A stretch of 64,000 nt of DNA from Chloroflexota bacterium (GCA_003551705.1 PUNJ01000013.1:7558-71557); one strand, 5' to 3'; positions 27,895 through 36,528 are shown, counted from the stretch's first letter. Notes: generated by a model not told the origin, from the sequence alone. Numbers and translations: made by a program.

Positions 27895-29721
27895 CTAAAT
27901 GAAGTTTTCCGTTGGCTCGAAGTATGTGGGAGCTTCGAAAGGCAGTGCTTCGGCAGGCATGGCACCGTCACCGTTGCTTCCGGGGAATCCCGCCCTGTTG
28001 TAAGCATTATACAGGTACTGTGTAAGCATGCGCTGAGCGTTGAAATAGGACCCATTGAGAGCGATGGCCGAACGCATAATCCTGGCATATTCCTGAGGCT
28101 GTTTATAGAACAGCGGCAGGATCACGTTCTCAAGCTTATCGTAAAGGGATTCCGTCTCCGCCTCAAGGGTGCTTTCGATGCGCCAGTTATTACCTATGGC
28201 CCAGCCAGTGATGTTCTCGACATGGCCTTCAACCCACCAGCCGTCTACTACGCTCAAGCTGGGTACACCATTAAGAGCAGCCTTCATTCCACTGGTACCC
28301 GACGCTTCCAGAGATTTCTGAGGTGTATTCAGCCAAAGGTCCACGCCGGAGCACAAAATCTTGCCCAAGGCCATGTCATACTCTTCCAGATACACCACCG
28401 TCAGGGCATCTTGCAGAACTCCGGCCGCATGGAATACGCGCCGGATGAGGTTCTTGCCCTCTTCATCCCTGGGATGTGCCTTGCCGCCGTAAACGATCTG
28501 AAAGGGGCCGGCTTTCCCGGCAATGCTCTTGAGCCTCTCCATGTCGTGGAATAACAGATCTGGTCGCTTGTAGGCGGTGGCGCGGCGGGCGAAGCCTATG
28601 GTGAGTATGCCGGCATCCAGAGCACGCCCCGTACGGCGATCTATTTCGGCCAGCAGGCGTGCCTTGGCCTCGGCATGGGCCTGCCTTATTTCCTCGCGGG
28701 GAATGCCTATGGCGTAGCGCAGGTAGAGATTGTCACGTCTCCACTCGGGAATAAAACGATCGTAAAGACGCTGGAATGGTTCCGAGGTCCAGGTGGTGGC
28801 GTGTACGCCATTGGTTACCGAGTCTATGGGATGGTCGCAGAACATGGTGCGCGAGGTCTTCTCGTGGCGCATCGATACACCGTTGACGTAGCGTGAGAAT
28901 CTCAAGGCCAGTTCGGTCATGTTGAGGCAACCATCAGGACAGCAATTGGCGCGCAAGAGGAAATCCGTCTGCACCTGGCCCAAGGCGTGGCGCACCATGT
29001 CTACGGGAAAGCGGTCGTGGCCTGCTGATACCGGTGTATGGGTTGTGAATACACATCGCTGACGCACGGCTTCCACATCAGCGGAGCTGGCCGATAGAAG
29101 GCTTCTTCCCCAGGTCTGTTCAGCAACCAGGGCCACGGCAATGAAGGCGGAATGTCCCTCATTCATGTGATATGCTTGAATCTGTTTATAGCCGAGGGCG
29201 CGGAGCATTGCTACACCGCCGATGCCCAGCACGATTTCCTGGCACAGCCGGTAATAGTCGTCACCCCTGTACAGGAGGTCGGTGAGCCGGCGGTCTTCGG
29301 GCGAGTTTTCAGCAAAGTCAGTATCCAGGAAGTAGATGGGGACGCTATGTCCGAACTGGCCTCTCACCGTGTATCGCCAGGCACGTATCTGTACCTGCCT
29401 GCCGGCGATAGTAATCATGGCACGGGAGGGTAGAGATTGCAGGACTTCCTCGGGAGACCAGTCGAGGTCGCTCTCCGCCTGGTTACCGGTCCTGTCCAGA
29501 TGCTGCCGAAAGTAGCCCTTGCGGTGCAGGAGACTGATACCGACAAAAGGTAGTCCTAGATCGGCGGCGGCTCTTATCGTATCGCCGGCCAGTACGCCAA
29601 GTCCACCACTGTAGGTAGGGATCTCCGGCTCGATGCCGAATTCCATTGAGAAGTAGGCAACGCTTGGGGCCTGCGATGAACCCCTGCCCAGATGTGATTC
29701 CATGTGTAGAGTAAGTTTCAC
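27895..29721 (-). CDS. glgP: Alpha-glucan (glycogen/maltodextrin) phosphorylase, GT35
   Basis: YFSMEFG...GGLGVLAGD...and EASGTSGMKAALNG (PLP-lysine region). Confidence 0.9.
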   Translation of the reverse strand: MKLTLHMESHLGRGSSQAPSVAYFSMEFGIEPEIPTYSGGLGVLAGDTIRAAADLGLPFVGISLLHRKGYFRQHLDRTGNQAESDLDWSPEEVLQSLPSRAMITIAGRQVQIRAWRYTVRGQFGHSVPIYFLDTDFAENSPEDRRLTDLLYRGDDYYRLCQEIVLGIGGVAMLRALGYKQIQAYHMNEGHSAFIAVALVAEQTWGRSLLSASSADVEAVRQRCVFTTHTPVSAGHDRFPVDMVRHALGQVQTDFLLRANCCPDGCLNMTELALRFSRYVNGVSMRHEKTSRTMFCDHPIDSVTNGVHATTWTSEPFQRLYDRFIPEWRRDNLYLRYAIGIPREEIRQAHAEAKARLLAEIDRRTGRALDAGILTIGFARRATAYKRPDLLFHDMERLKSIAGKAGPFQIVYGGKAHPRDEEGKNLIRRVFHAAGVLQDALTVVYLEEYDMALGKILCSGVDLWLNTPQKSLEASGTSGMKAALNGVPSLSVVDGWWVEGHVENITGWAIGNNWRIESTLEAETESLYDKLENVILPLFYKQPQEYARIMRSAIALNGSYFNAQRMLTQYLYNAYNRAGFPGSNGDGAMPAEALPFEAPTYFEPTENFI

Positions 29722-29903
29722 ACCAAGGCGTCATGGTTGTCAAACGGATTCGTAACAACCCTGAGCCGTGGGGACACCTTGTAAGGTAAGACTCGTGCTT
29801 ATCATCCCTTCCAGGCAGAATTACGTGTCGACCAGACATGCCATTGTACCAGCAAGGAAGAGGCTCGGTAACTATAATGTGACAATGCTCCCCGCAGTGG
29901 AGT

Positions 29904-30542
29904 CTAGAGCAGATTGGTAAGCCGTCTTATGACGCCGATAACCCGGCCCTGGATGGTCACGTTTTCCGGATCGTAGTACATCGGTTCCATGAAACGGTTG
30001 GCAGGTTGAAGGCGTACCCGGTCCCCATCACGGTACACCCTCTTCAGGGTAACTTCCTGTTCACTCTTAAGCCATACAGCAGCCATTTCTCCATCCTGCA
30101 CCGTGTCAGTGGCATACATGACTACGATATCACCGTCGTCGATAAGGGCATCGATCATGGATAGTCCCTGGACCTTCAGGGCGTAGACGTTGTTCTTGAC
30201 ATCCATGAGTTCATAGGACAGTTCGAGCGCTTCCAAGAAATCGTGGGACCAGGTATCGGACTGCGGGACCGGGATGGGTTCTCCGGCGGCGATCTTTCCC
30301 AGGATGGGTACTCTGGCGGTGCGTCGCTCTCTATCGGCCAGGCTTATACTGCGGAACACTTCGGGGTCCCTGTTGATGTGGCCGTCCTTTTGCAGCATTG
30401 CCAGATGCTGCTGTACCGACGCCATGGAGCTTATGGCGCAGCCGCGCATTATGTCCCGCATGCTCGGCGCGTAGCCCTTATCCTCTATGAACTGCTGGAT
30501 GAAGTCAAGGACCCGTTTTCGCCTGTAGGAAAGCTCAGCCAT
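29904..30542 (-). CDS. lexA: LexA repressor
   Basis: Winged-helix N-terminus, cleavage site AAG (KIAAGEPI), catalytic Ser (VQGLSM) and Lys (TLKRV). Confidence 0.9.
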   Translation of the reverse strand: MAELSYRRKRVLDFIQQFIEDKGYAPSMRDIMRGCAISSMASVQQHLAMLQKDGHINRDPEVFRSISLADRERRTARVPILGKIAAGEPIPVPQSDTWSHDFLEALELSYELMDVKNNVYALKVQGLSMIDALIDDGDIVVMYATDTVQDGEMAAVWLKSEQEVTLKRVYRDGDRVRLQPANRFMEPMYYDPENVTIQGRVIGVIRRLTNLL

Positions 30543-30554
30543 TAACCTACCTCC

Positions 30555-30568
30555 CGTACATTTGTACC
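30555..30568 (-). promoter_or_regulatory. Candidate LexA operator (GGTACAAATGTACG on the minus strand)
   Basis: GTAC-N4-GTAC palindrome between the predicted -10 and the SD of lexA. It fits the cyanobacterial-type LexA box pattern RGTACNNNDGTWCB. Confidence 0.5.
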
Positions 30569-30575
30569 AGGTGCA

Positions 30576-30604
30576 ACTGTACCACTGGCAGGAGCCCCTG
30601 TCAA
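30576..30604 (-). promoter_or_regulatory. Candidate lexA promoter
   Basis: On the minus strand: TTGACA (30604-30599), 17-nt spacer, TACAGT (30581-30576). Confidence 0.5.
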
Positions 30605-30678
30605 GAGGGCATCGACCTTGATCATGAGGGCTTTAAGTGGCAAAATAGCGGGGTATTTCTGTAAACTATAGAACGACC

Positions 30679-31776
30679 ATGATAAGTGAACCTTTTTCAG
30701 CGATCAAGATCAACGGAATTGAGTTACCCAACAGGTTCATGCGCTCGGCAACGCATGAGATGGCTGCGGATAATGAGGGCAAGATTACTGAGAGAGCGTT
30801 GGACATATATGGTAGGCTGGGCAGGGGCAACATTGGTCTGGTGGTGACTGGTTACGCCTACGTGTCTCCTCATGGCCAGGCCATGGCGGCGCAGTTCGGC
30901 GCACACTCGGAAGAGATGGTGCCGGGATTGAGAACACTAGCCGGAGCTGTGCATGCCGGCGGGGGCCGGGTAGCTCTTCAAATAGTCCATGCAGGAAGCG
31001 AATCCCCCTTCCTGAGGAAGAAGGGGATAACATGTCTGGCTCCCTCATTCATTGACGGCCACGACATCCCGCACCGAGAGATGTCCGGGGGTGAGGTCGA
31101 AGACATCATAAGAGGCTTCGGGGCGGCTGCAGAACGCGCCAAGATGGCTGGGTTCGATGCCGTGCAACTACATTGTGCTCATGGTTACCTGTTCAGCCAG
31201 TTTCTTTCCCCACTACGTAACAAGAGGTCAGACATGTGGGGAGGTAGTGCAGAGGGTCGCCGCCGGTTTCACGTTGAGGTCGTGAGAGAAGTGCGCCGGC
31301 GCGTGGACACTGACTTTCCTGTCCTCATCAAATACGGTGTCATGGACGATCAGGAAGGTGGGACCTCCTTGGAAGAAGGTATAGAGGCAGCGACGGATAT
31401 GGTGGCTGCAGGGGTAGATGCCATCGAGGTCAGCGCCGGCATGGGTGGAAACAAAGGAGAGGCTGGCAAGGGAGCGTTGCCTTACCTGGACCGAGCCGCC
31501 GCCCTTAAAAGGGCTGTACCGGTTCCCGTCGGCGTCGTGCATGGCATTCGCAACTTGGAAACAGTTGGGGATATTCTCCATCGAGGTGAGGTCGACATGG
31601 TATCCTTGAGCCGTCCGTTTATTCGGGAGCCGGGACTGATCAATCGATGGTTGGAGGGCGACCGGAGTCCGGCAAGGTGTATTAGTTGCGGGCAGTGTTT
31701 GCGGGTACTGTTCGAGCAAGAGGCCCCGCCGGATAATTGCTGCTGGCAGGAGTACCGGGCTCGGCGGAAGGCATAA
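30679..31776 (+). CDS. NADH:flavin oxidoreductase, Old Yellow Enzyme family
   Basis: FSAIKINGIELPNRFMRSA...VQLHCAHGYLFSQFLSP...GVDAIEVS are OYE/2,4-dienoyl-CoA reductase-like TIM-barrel motifs. Confidence 0.85.
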   Translation: MISEPFSAIKINGIELPNRFMRSATHEMAADNEGKITERALDIYGRLGRGNIGLVVTGYAYVSPHGQAMAAQFGAHSEEMVPGLRTLAGAVHAGGGRVALQIVHAGSESPFLRKKGITCLAPSFIDGHDIPHREMSGGEVEDIIRGFGAAAERAKMAGFDAVQLHCAHGYLFSQFLSPLRNKRSDMWGGSAEGRRRFHVEVVREVRRRVDTDFPVLIKYGVMDDQEGGTSLEEGIEAATDMVAAGVDAIEVSAGMGGNKGEAGKGALPYLDRAAALKRAVPVPVGVVHGIRNLETVGDILHRGEVDMVSLSRPFIREPGLINRWLEGDRSPARCISCGQCLRVLFEQEAPPDNCCWQEYRARRKA

Positions 31777-31885
31777 CAAGACCGACCTTAAGGTCGATCA
31801 CGTTACATCCATTGTTCGATTCAAGAATTCCGGGTTACACCCACTTTTCCGCTGGAAGGCCAGGGATTCCGAAAAGGGGCTAAGC

Positions 31886-33328
31886 ATGTCAAAGAAAAGG
31901 GTCTTAATCACCGGCGCATCGGGTTCCATGGGGGGTGAAGCCTTCAAGGAACTGCTGAGGAGGCGTGAGAAATACGAAATTGTCACCCTTCTCAGACCCT
32001 CAAAAGAGAATAAGAAGGCTTTTAACCGCTATCAAGGGATGCCGGGGGTGACCATAGTCTGGGGCGATCTTTGCAATCCGGAGGATGTTGACCGGGCTGT
32101 GGACGGCGTCGATTATGTATTGCATCCGGCGGCTCTCATCGCGCCCGAAGCCGACCACAAGCCTCCTCTCTGTAAACGCATCAATTTCGGCGGTACCCAG
32201 AACCTTATCGCTGCCATCAAAAGACAGCCCAACCATGGGGACCACGTGCGCCTGGTATACATTGGCTCTGTGGCCATGTATGGTGATCGACTTCCTCCTT
32301 ATCATATGCTCAGGGTTGGTGATCCCTTGAAGCCCAGCGTTGGGGACTTCTATGCGACCACAAAGATTGCTGCCGAGAGGGCGGTTATCGAGTCCGGCCT
32401 GAAGTACTGGGCTTCCATACGCCAGACCTACATTGCCATACCCAATGCTTTGTCCCTGATGGACCCCATACTCTTCCACCAACCGGTGAACACCCATATC
32501 GAATTTGTTACCAGTCAGGATGCAGGCTACGGGTTGGTACAGACCCTGGATGCTCCCGACGATTTCTATGGCCGGGTCTATAACATGAGTGGCGGCCCAG
32601 CATGCCGGGTGGTGTTCACCGACTACTTGGAGAGGATGTTCAAGATATTCGGCCTGGGTGACTTCCGGAAGGTCATGCCGCTGAACTGGTTTGCCCTGAG
32701 GAACTTCCACTGTGCCTGGTATGCCGACGCCTATGTGCTCAATGACTACCTGGGGTTCTGGAGGCAGTCGCTGGAAGACCACTACCAGGATGTGGCTGCC
32801 TGCATACCATGGTATCTTAAACTGGGTGCCGGTATTGCGCCCGGCTTTGCAGTCAAGATGTTCATGAAGAGAATGGCTGATCCGCTGAAATGGGTGCAGG
32901 CGAATGACAAGGAGAAGTTGCATGCCTTTTTCGGCAGCCGGGAGGAATGGGAGAACATACCGGAATGGGCCGATGCTCGCTGGGACAACGCGGCGCAACC
33001 GTGCGTGTGTGCACCAGAAGCCACCACTGTCCAAGCGCACGATATCGAGTCCATGCATGCCCTGGCGGCATCCAGGGGTGGTGAATGCCTGTCCAAGGAG
33101 TTTACAGGCCTGCGAACAAGACTGAAGTGGCGTTGTGCCTTCGGTCATGAATGGGAGGCTACCCCAACCTTGCATCTGGCGGGGCACTGGTGCGAGCATT
33201 GCGCGCCGCCTCCGTGGGACTATGATACCATTGCCAAGGCGGACCCGGCGCTGGGCAAGGCCTATTATTACAATCATGGCCTCGATGAATGCCAGAAGGT
33301 GGATTATCTTCATTGCCCAAACGAATAG
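31886..33328 (+). CDS. Extended SDR (epimerase/dehydratase-like) fused to a C-terminal Zn-ribbon module
   Basis: VLITGASGSMGGEA Rossmann motif, YATTK catalytic motif. The last about 96 aa (from nt 33038) carry LKWRCAFGHEWEATPTLHLAGHWCEHC (C-x3-H...C-x2-C). Confidence 0.75.
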   Translation: MSKKRVLITGASGSMGGEAFKELLRRREKYEIVTLLRPSKENKKAFNRYQGMPGVTIVWGDLCNPEDVDRAVDGVDYVLHPAALIAPEADHKPPLCKRINFGGTQNLIAAIKRQPNHGDHVRLVYIGSVAMYGDRLPPYHMLRVGDPLKPSVGDFYATTKIAAERAVIESGLKYWASIRQTYIAIPNALSLMDPILFHQPVNTHIEFVTSQDAGYGLVQTLDAPDDFYGRVYNMSGGPACRVVFTDYLERMFKIFGLGDFRKVMPLNWFALRNFHCAWYADAYVLNDYLGFWRQSLEDHYQDVAACIPWYLKLGAGIAPGFAVKMFMKRMADPLKWVQANDKEKLHAFFGSREEWENIPEWADARWDNAAQPCVCAPEATTVQAHDIESMHALAASRGGECLSKEFTGLRTRLKWRCAFGHEWEATPTLHLAGHWCEHCAPPPWDYDTIAKADPALGKAYYYNHGLDECQKVDYLHCPNE

Positions 33329-33543
33329 CGCCGCCATTGAAGAACCACCCTTTCTAATGTAGAACAACAAGACAAGGGGTCCCCGATTGTCTTCCCTGTG
33401 ACATGAAAGCTACAAGAACATGGGCAGGCGGAATCCCTATCTTTTGCACAGCCTTCACACATGGGCTTCTATAATAGAAGAAGCATTCCACAACACTGAT
33501 GCTGCGGGTCAAATGTACCTGATTCCTGTATTCGGGGAGAACT

Positions 33544-35193
33544 GTGCTTGCCGTCATCGCTACCATACCCATAGCCTTAGTCGCAGTCTTGATGGTGGTA
33601 TTGGCATGGCCCGCTGCCCGGGCTATGCCAATAGGCTGGCTTGCTGCAGGCATTATCGCCTTCCTGGCTTGGGATATGCCCCTGACATGGATCGCGGCTT
33701 CCTCGCTGGAAGGACTCATAAATGCCATCGACATTCTTCTAATAGTACTGGGTGCAATTCTGATCCTGCAGCTAATGAGACGAGGTGGGGGCATGAGCGT
33801 CATTTCGGACTCCATGACCCGCGTTTCCGTCGACCGAAGGGTGCAGATAATACTCATCGCGTGGTTGATGGGGTCATTCCTGGAGGGGGCTGCCGGTTTC
33901 GGCACCCCGGCTGCTGTGGCGGCACCACTCCTGGTGGGCTTGGGATTTCCCGCTCTGATAGCTGTAATGGTTGCCCTGCTGGCCGACACGACCTCGGTTA
34001 CATTTGGGGCTGTAGGCGTCCCCATTTGGGGTGGATTTGCTCCTCTTGAAGCCGTTGTGGACCTGGACCCGCAGGTGACTTTCCGGGACTATTTGCTCGA
34101 TATCAGCGCCTACTCGGGCGTCCTCCATTTTGCCGTTGGTACGTTTGTTCCCCTGACCATAGTCGTCCTGACGACGAAAGTGACATCGGGCTCCTTCCGT
34201 AAGGGCCTGGAAATCTGGCCCCTGGCGATCTTTGGAGGTCTGGTGTTTACCATTCCCCAGGCAATCGTTGCTATTTTCGTCGGTCCCGAACTTCCGTCGC
34301 TGTTGGGAGCATTGATTGCTCTGCCCATCTTCATAGTGGCCGTGTCGAGAGGTTTTCTGGTACCGCGCGAGCCTTGGGACCTTCCGGCGCGTCAGGACTG
34401 GCCGGAAGAGTGGCGAGGCGGCGTAGAACCAGGTGCGGGCAAGGAGGCTCCGCCCCACCTGAGCACATGGAGAGCTTGGTTCCCGTACATATTGGTTGGA
34501 CTGGCCCTGCTGATAACCAGGGTCCCGGGCTTGGCACTGGCTGAAGTATTGCAGACCTGGACCGTGGGATGGACCCAGATACTGGGCACTGACCTGGGCT
34601 ATGAAATTGAACCCCTGTATAATCCAGGCATTGTTCCTTTTCTGCTTATCGCTCTTCTCATTCCCTTCATGCACCGCATGGACAGAAAGAGTGTGGGCAG
34701 GGCATGGAAGGATGCTTTTCGTATGATCAGGCCGGCGGCAGTGGCACTCTTCTTTACCCTGGCCATGGTGTACGTAATGATGAACTCGGGGGAAGCCGCC
34801 GATATCGATTCCATGTTAATAGTTATGGCCGTGGCCGCCGCCAATCTGGCGGGCGCCGTTTGGTACCTGTTCGCTCCCATGGTGGGCATTCTGGGGACCT
34901 TCATATCCGGAAGCAATACCGTATCCAATATCATGTTTGGTGTATTCCAACTGAGCACGGCCAACCAGGCGGGGCTTCATGAAGTACCGGTGTTGTCGCT
35001 ACAGGCAGTCGGTGGTGCCGCCGGCAATCCCATATGCATTCATAATGTGGTGGCGGTACTGGCTACAGTGGGGCTGATTGGGAAGGAAGGCATTGTGATA
35101 AGGAGAAACCTGCCTGTTGTGCTGCTCTATGGCCTCCTGGCAGGGCTGACCGCCTGGCTCCTGGTCCTGCTCTTCGGTGGGACAATCGCCTAA
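33544..35193 (+). CDS. lctP: L-lactate permease family transporter
   Basis: About 13 hydrophobic segments. The N-terminal pattern IPIALVAVLMVVL...SSLEGLINAIDILLIVLGAILILQLM and EGAAGFGTPAAVAAPLLVGLGF are typical of LctP/GlcA. GTG start. Confidence 0.8.
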   Translation: MLAVIATIPIALVAVLMVVLAWPAARAMPIGWLAAGIIAFLAWDMPLTWIAASSLEGLINAIDILLIVLGAILILQLMRRGGGMSVISDSMTRVSVDRRVQIILIAWLMGSFLEGAAGFGTPAAVAAPLLVGLGFPALIAVMVALLADTTSVTFGAVGVPIWGGFAPLEAVVDLDPQVTFRDYLLDISAYSGVLHFAVGTFVPLTIVVLTTKVTSGSFRKGLEIWPLAIFGGLVFTIPQAIVAIFVGPELPSLLGALIALPIFIVAVSRGFLVPREPWDLPARQDWPEEWRGGVEPGAGKEAPPHLSTWRAWFPYILVGLALLITRVPGLALAEVLQTWTVGWTQILGTDLGYEIEPLYNPGIVPFLLIALLIPFMHRMDRKSVGRAWKDAFRMIRPAAVALFFTLAMVYVMMNSGEAADIDSMLIVMAVAAANLAGAVWYLFAPMVGILGTFISGSNTVSNIMFGVFQLSTANQAGLHEVPVLSLQAVGGAAGNPICIHNVVAVLATVGLIGKEGIVIRRNLPVVLLYGLLAGLTAWLLVLLFGGTIA

Positions 35194-35316
35194 CGCTTAC
35201 CTGCATTATGCTGGGCTGGCCCTGGCCACCGTAGTGTGGTGGGGTGACCACTGTGATTCTGTGCAATGGCCTTCGTTCATTGTTATCACTGTTTAACGCC
35301 TCTTAATGCTCTGTCA

Positions 35317-35328
35317 ACCTGGAGGGTT
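35317..35328 (+). repeat. Copy A of intergenic 12-mer ACCTGGAGGGTT
   Basis: The exact 12-mer also occurs at 36517..36528 (+) and 46437..46448 (-). All three copies are intergenic. Confidence 0.6.
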
Positions 35329-35407
35329 GTAGGATTGTTAATATGAAGTCCCTTCGGTCAGGAAGGGAATGGCTTCCTGAGGAAATTTACGAGAAAGGAA
35401 TTAGAGC

Positions 35408-35932
35408 ATGAAGTACGTAGGGCTGTTTTGTCTCCTTTTGCTCCTGTGTGGTCTGAGCGCCCTTCCGGGCTGCAATAATGACTTCGCCAGGCCGACAGTT
35501 GAACTCGCAGATATGGATATTGAGGGTATAAGCCTGGAAAATATCGATGTTGTCTTGTTCCTTGAAGTGGACAATCCGAATCCTTTCGGCGTAACCGTTA
35601 ACCGGATTGCTTTCGACATCGAGTTTGAAAGGCAGGGGGAATGGGTCTTCCTGGGAGACGCAGACAGGGACAAAGAAATCTTCATCGAGGCTGAGGAAGT
35701 GACCACGGTGGACGTGCCGGCCAGCGTGGGTACCACCGAAGCCGTGGAGGCTTTGTTCGAGCTTCTGGGTTCCGAAGGTGGCCGGCTGACTCTGCGGGCG
35801 GATGGCAATGCCTGGGTGGATGTACAGGTCACCGAGGTACGGGTACCATTCCGGGAAAGCCACGAAGTGGAGGTGGACTTCCCTGAAAATGTCCGGGATA
35901 GACTTGCCGATCTCATTTCGCTCGGGGCCTGA
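35408..35932 (+). CDS. LEA_2 (LEA14/NDR1-like) domain lipoprotein
   Basis: Signal peptide with lipobox LPGC (MKYVGLFCLLLLLCGLSALPGC). The beta-rich domain has DVVLFLEVDNPNPFGVTVNRIAFDIEF, typical of LEA type 2 / water-stress domains. Confidence 0.7.
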   Translation: MKYVGLFCLLLLLCGLSALPGCNNDFARPTVELADMDIEGISLENIDVVLFLEVDNPNPFGVTVNRIAFDIEFERQGEWVFLGDADRDKEIFIEAEEVTTVDVPASVGTTEAVEALFELLGSEGGRLTLRADGNAWVDVQVTEVRVPFRESHEVEVDFPENVRDRLADLISLGA

Positions 35933-36144
35933 CGCCTGGAAATCAGGGAGAATAGTGGCCTGAACAGTCCTCCGCGGGCGACTCAGATTCGACTATTGGT
36001 CGAAGCCGGTGAGACGTTTCTTAAGAGGTCTCAGAGGTTTGATCGCGCTCTCTTCGATACACCCTTTTCCGTGAGCGACCCGTATCCTGCCAGGAAAAGC
36101 ACACGATCGTCCGGGCCAGGAAAGGTGCGAACCATTTTGTAAGA

Positions 36145-36172
36145 TTGACTTTAGTAATGATAAATTTAATAT
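36145..36172 (+). promoter_or_regulatory. Candidate promoter of small Zn-ribbon gene P1
   Basis: TTGACT (36145-36150), 16-nt spacer, TAATAT (36167-36172), inside an AT-rich patch. Confidence 0.5.
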
Positions 36173-36234
36173 AAACGTATCTCCCTATTAACAAATCATG
36201 CGCTTATTGCAAGATAGTAAGGGATGTGGTATAG

Positions 36235-36477
36235 TTGATCACGAGATCGCATACGAACGTTATAGGGAGGTGTGATATCTGTATCCATCACTGGGATTTG
36301 GGCACCCCACATAAGGACCTGGTACACGCCAAGTGTAGGAAGTGCGGCGAAGAAAGGGACTATCCTGCAGTGCCTCCAGGGATGTTTCCGGCGCACGCCA
36401 AGAGGAGAGCTGCCCGGACGTTCGTCAAACCCCCTGTTGAGCCGAAGCGAGACCTGCACATGCCGAACCTTGCCTGA
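36235..36477 (+). CDS. Small basic Zn-ribbon protein P1 (C-x-HHW...CxxCGE family, uncharacterised)
   Basis: The frame was chosen because it is paralogous to 40825..41196. P1 reads C-I-HHW-x13-C-RK-CGEERDY and P2 reads C-K-HHW-x13-C-TH-CGEQREF, and both have VKPxVE-basic tails. TTG start with AAGGGA upstream. The start is uncertain. Confidence 0.5.
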   Translation: MITRSHTNVIGRCDICIHHWDLGTPHKDLVHAKCRKCGEERDYPAVPPGMFPAHAKRRAARTFVKPPVEPKRDLHMPNLA

Positions 36478-36516
36478 GCGAGCAGGCAAAACAGCGAGTA
36501 AGAGCTAAGTCCTCGC

Positions 36517-36528
36517 ACCTGGAGGGTT
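36517..36528 (+). repeat. Copy B of intergenic 12-mer ACCTGGAGGGTT
   Basis: Exact repeat of 35317..35328, lying 40 nt after the P1 stop. Confidence 0.6.

Noticed and set aside
30543-30678. Gram-positive type SOS box (GAAC-N4-GTTC) or E. coli type (CTGT-N8-ACAG) upstream of lexA
   Set aside because: Neither pattern is present in the intergenic region. Only the GTAC-N4-GTAC palindrome was found, and it is reported as a finding.
32000-33370. 456-aa minus-strand ORF opposite the SDR-Zn-ribbon gene
   Set aside because: It is a shadow ORF. The plus frame carries the Rossmann, YxxxK and Zn-ribbon motifs.
33376-33390. Shared GGGG(T)CCCCGATTGT between the hairpin at 33369..33393 and the fhs terminator at 43627..43649
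   Set aside because: The identity is only a 10-mer plus a G4 run with a 1-nt indel. Both sites are adequately explained as independent GC-rich hairpins downstream of genes.
33354-34049. ORFs 33354..34025 (-) and 33420..34049 (+) overlapping the start of lctP
   Set aside because: The out-of-frame and antisense translations are Arg/Pro/Gly-rich with no motifs. The lctP frame gives coherent transmembrane helices.
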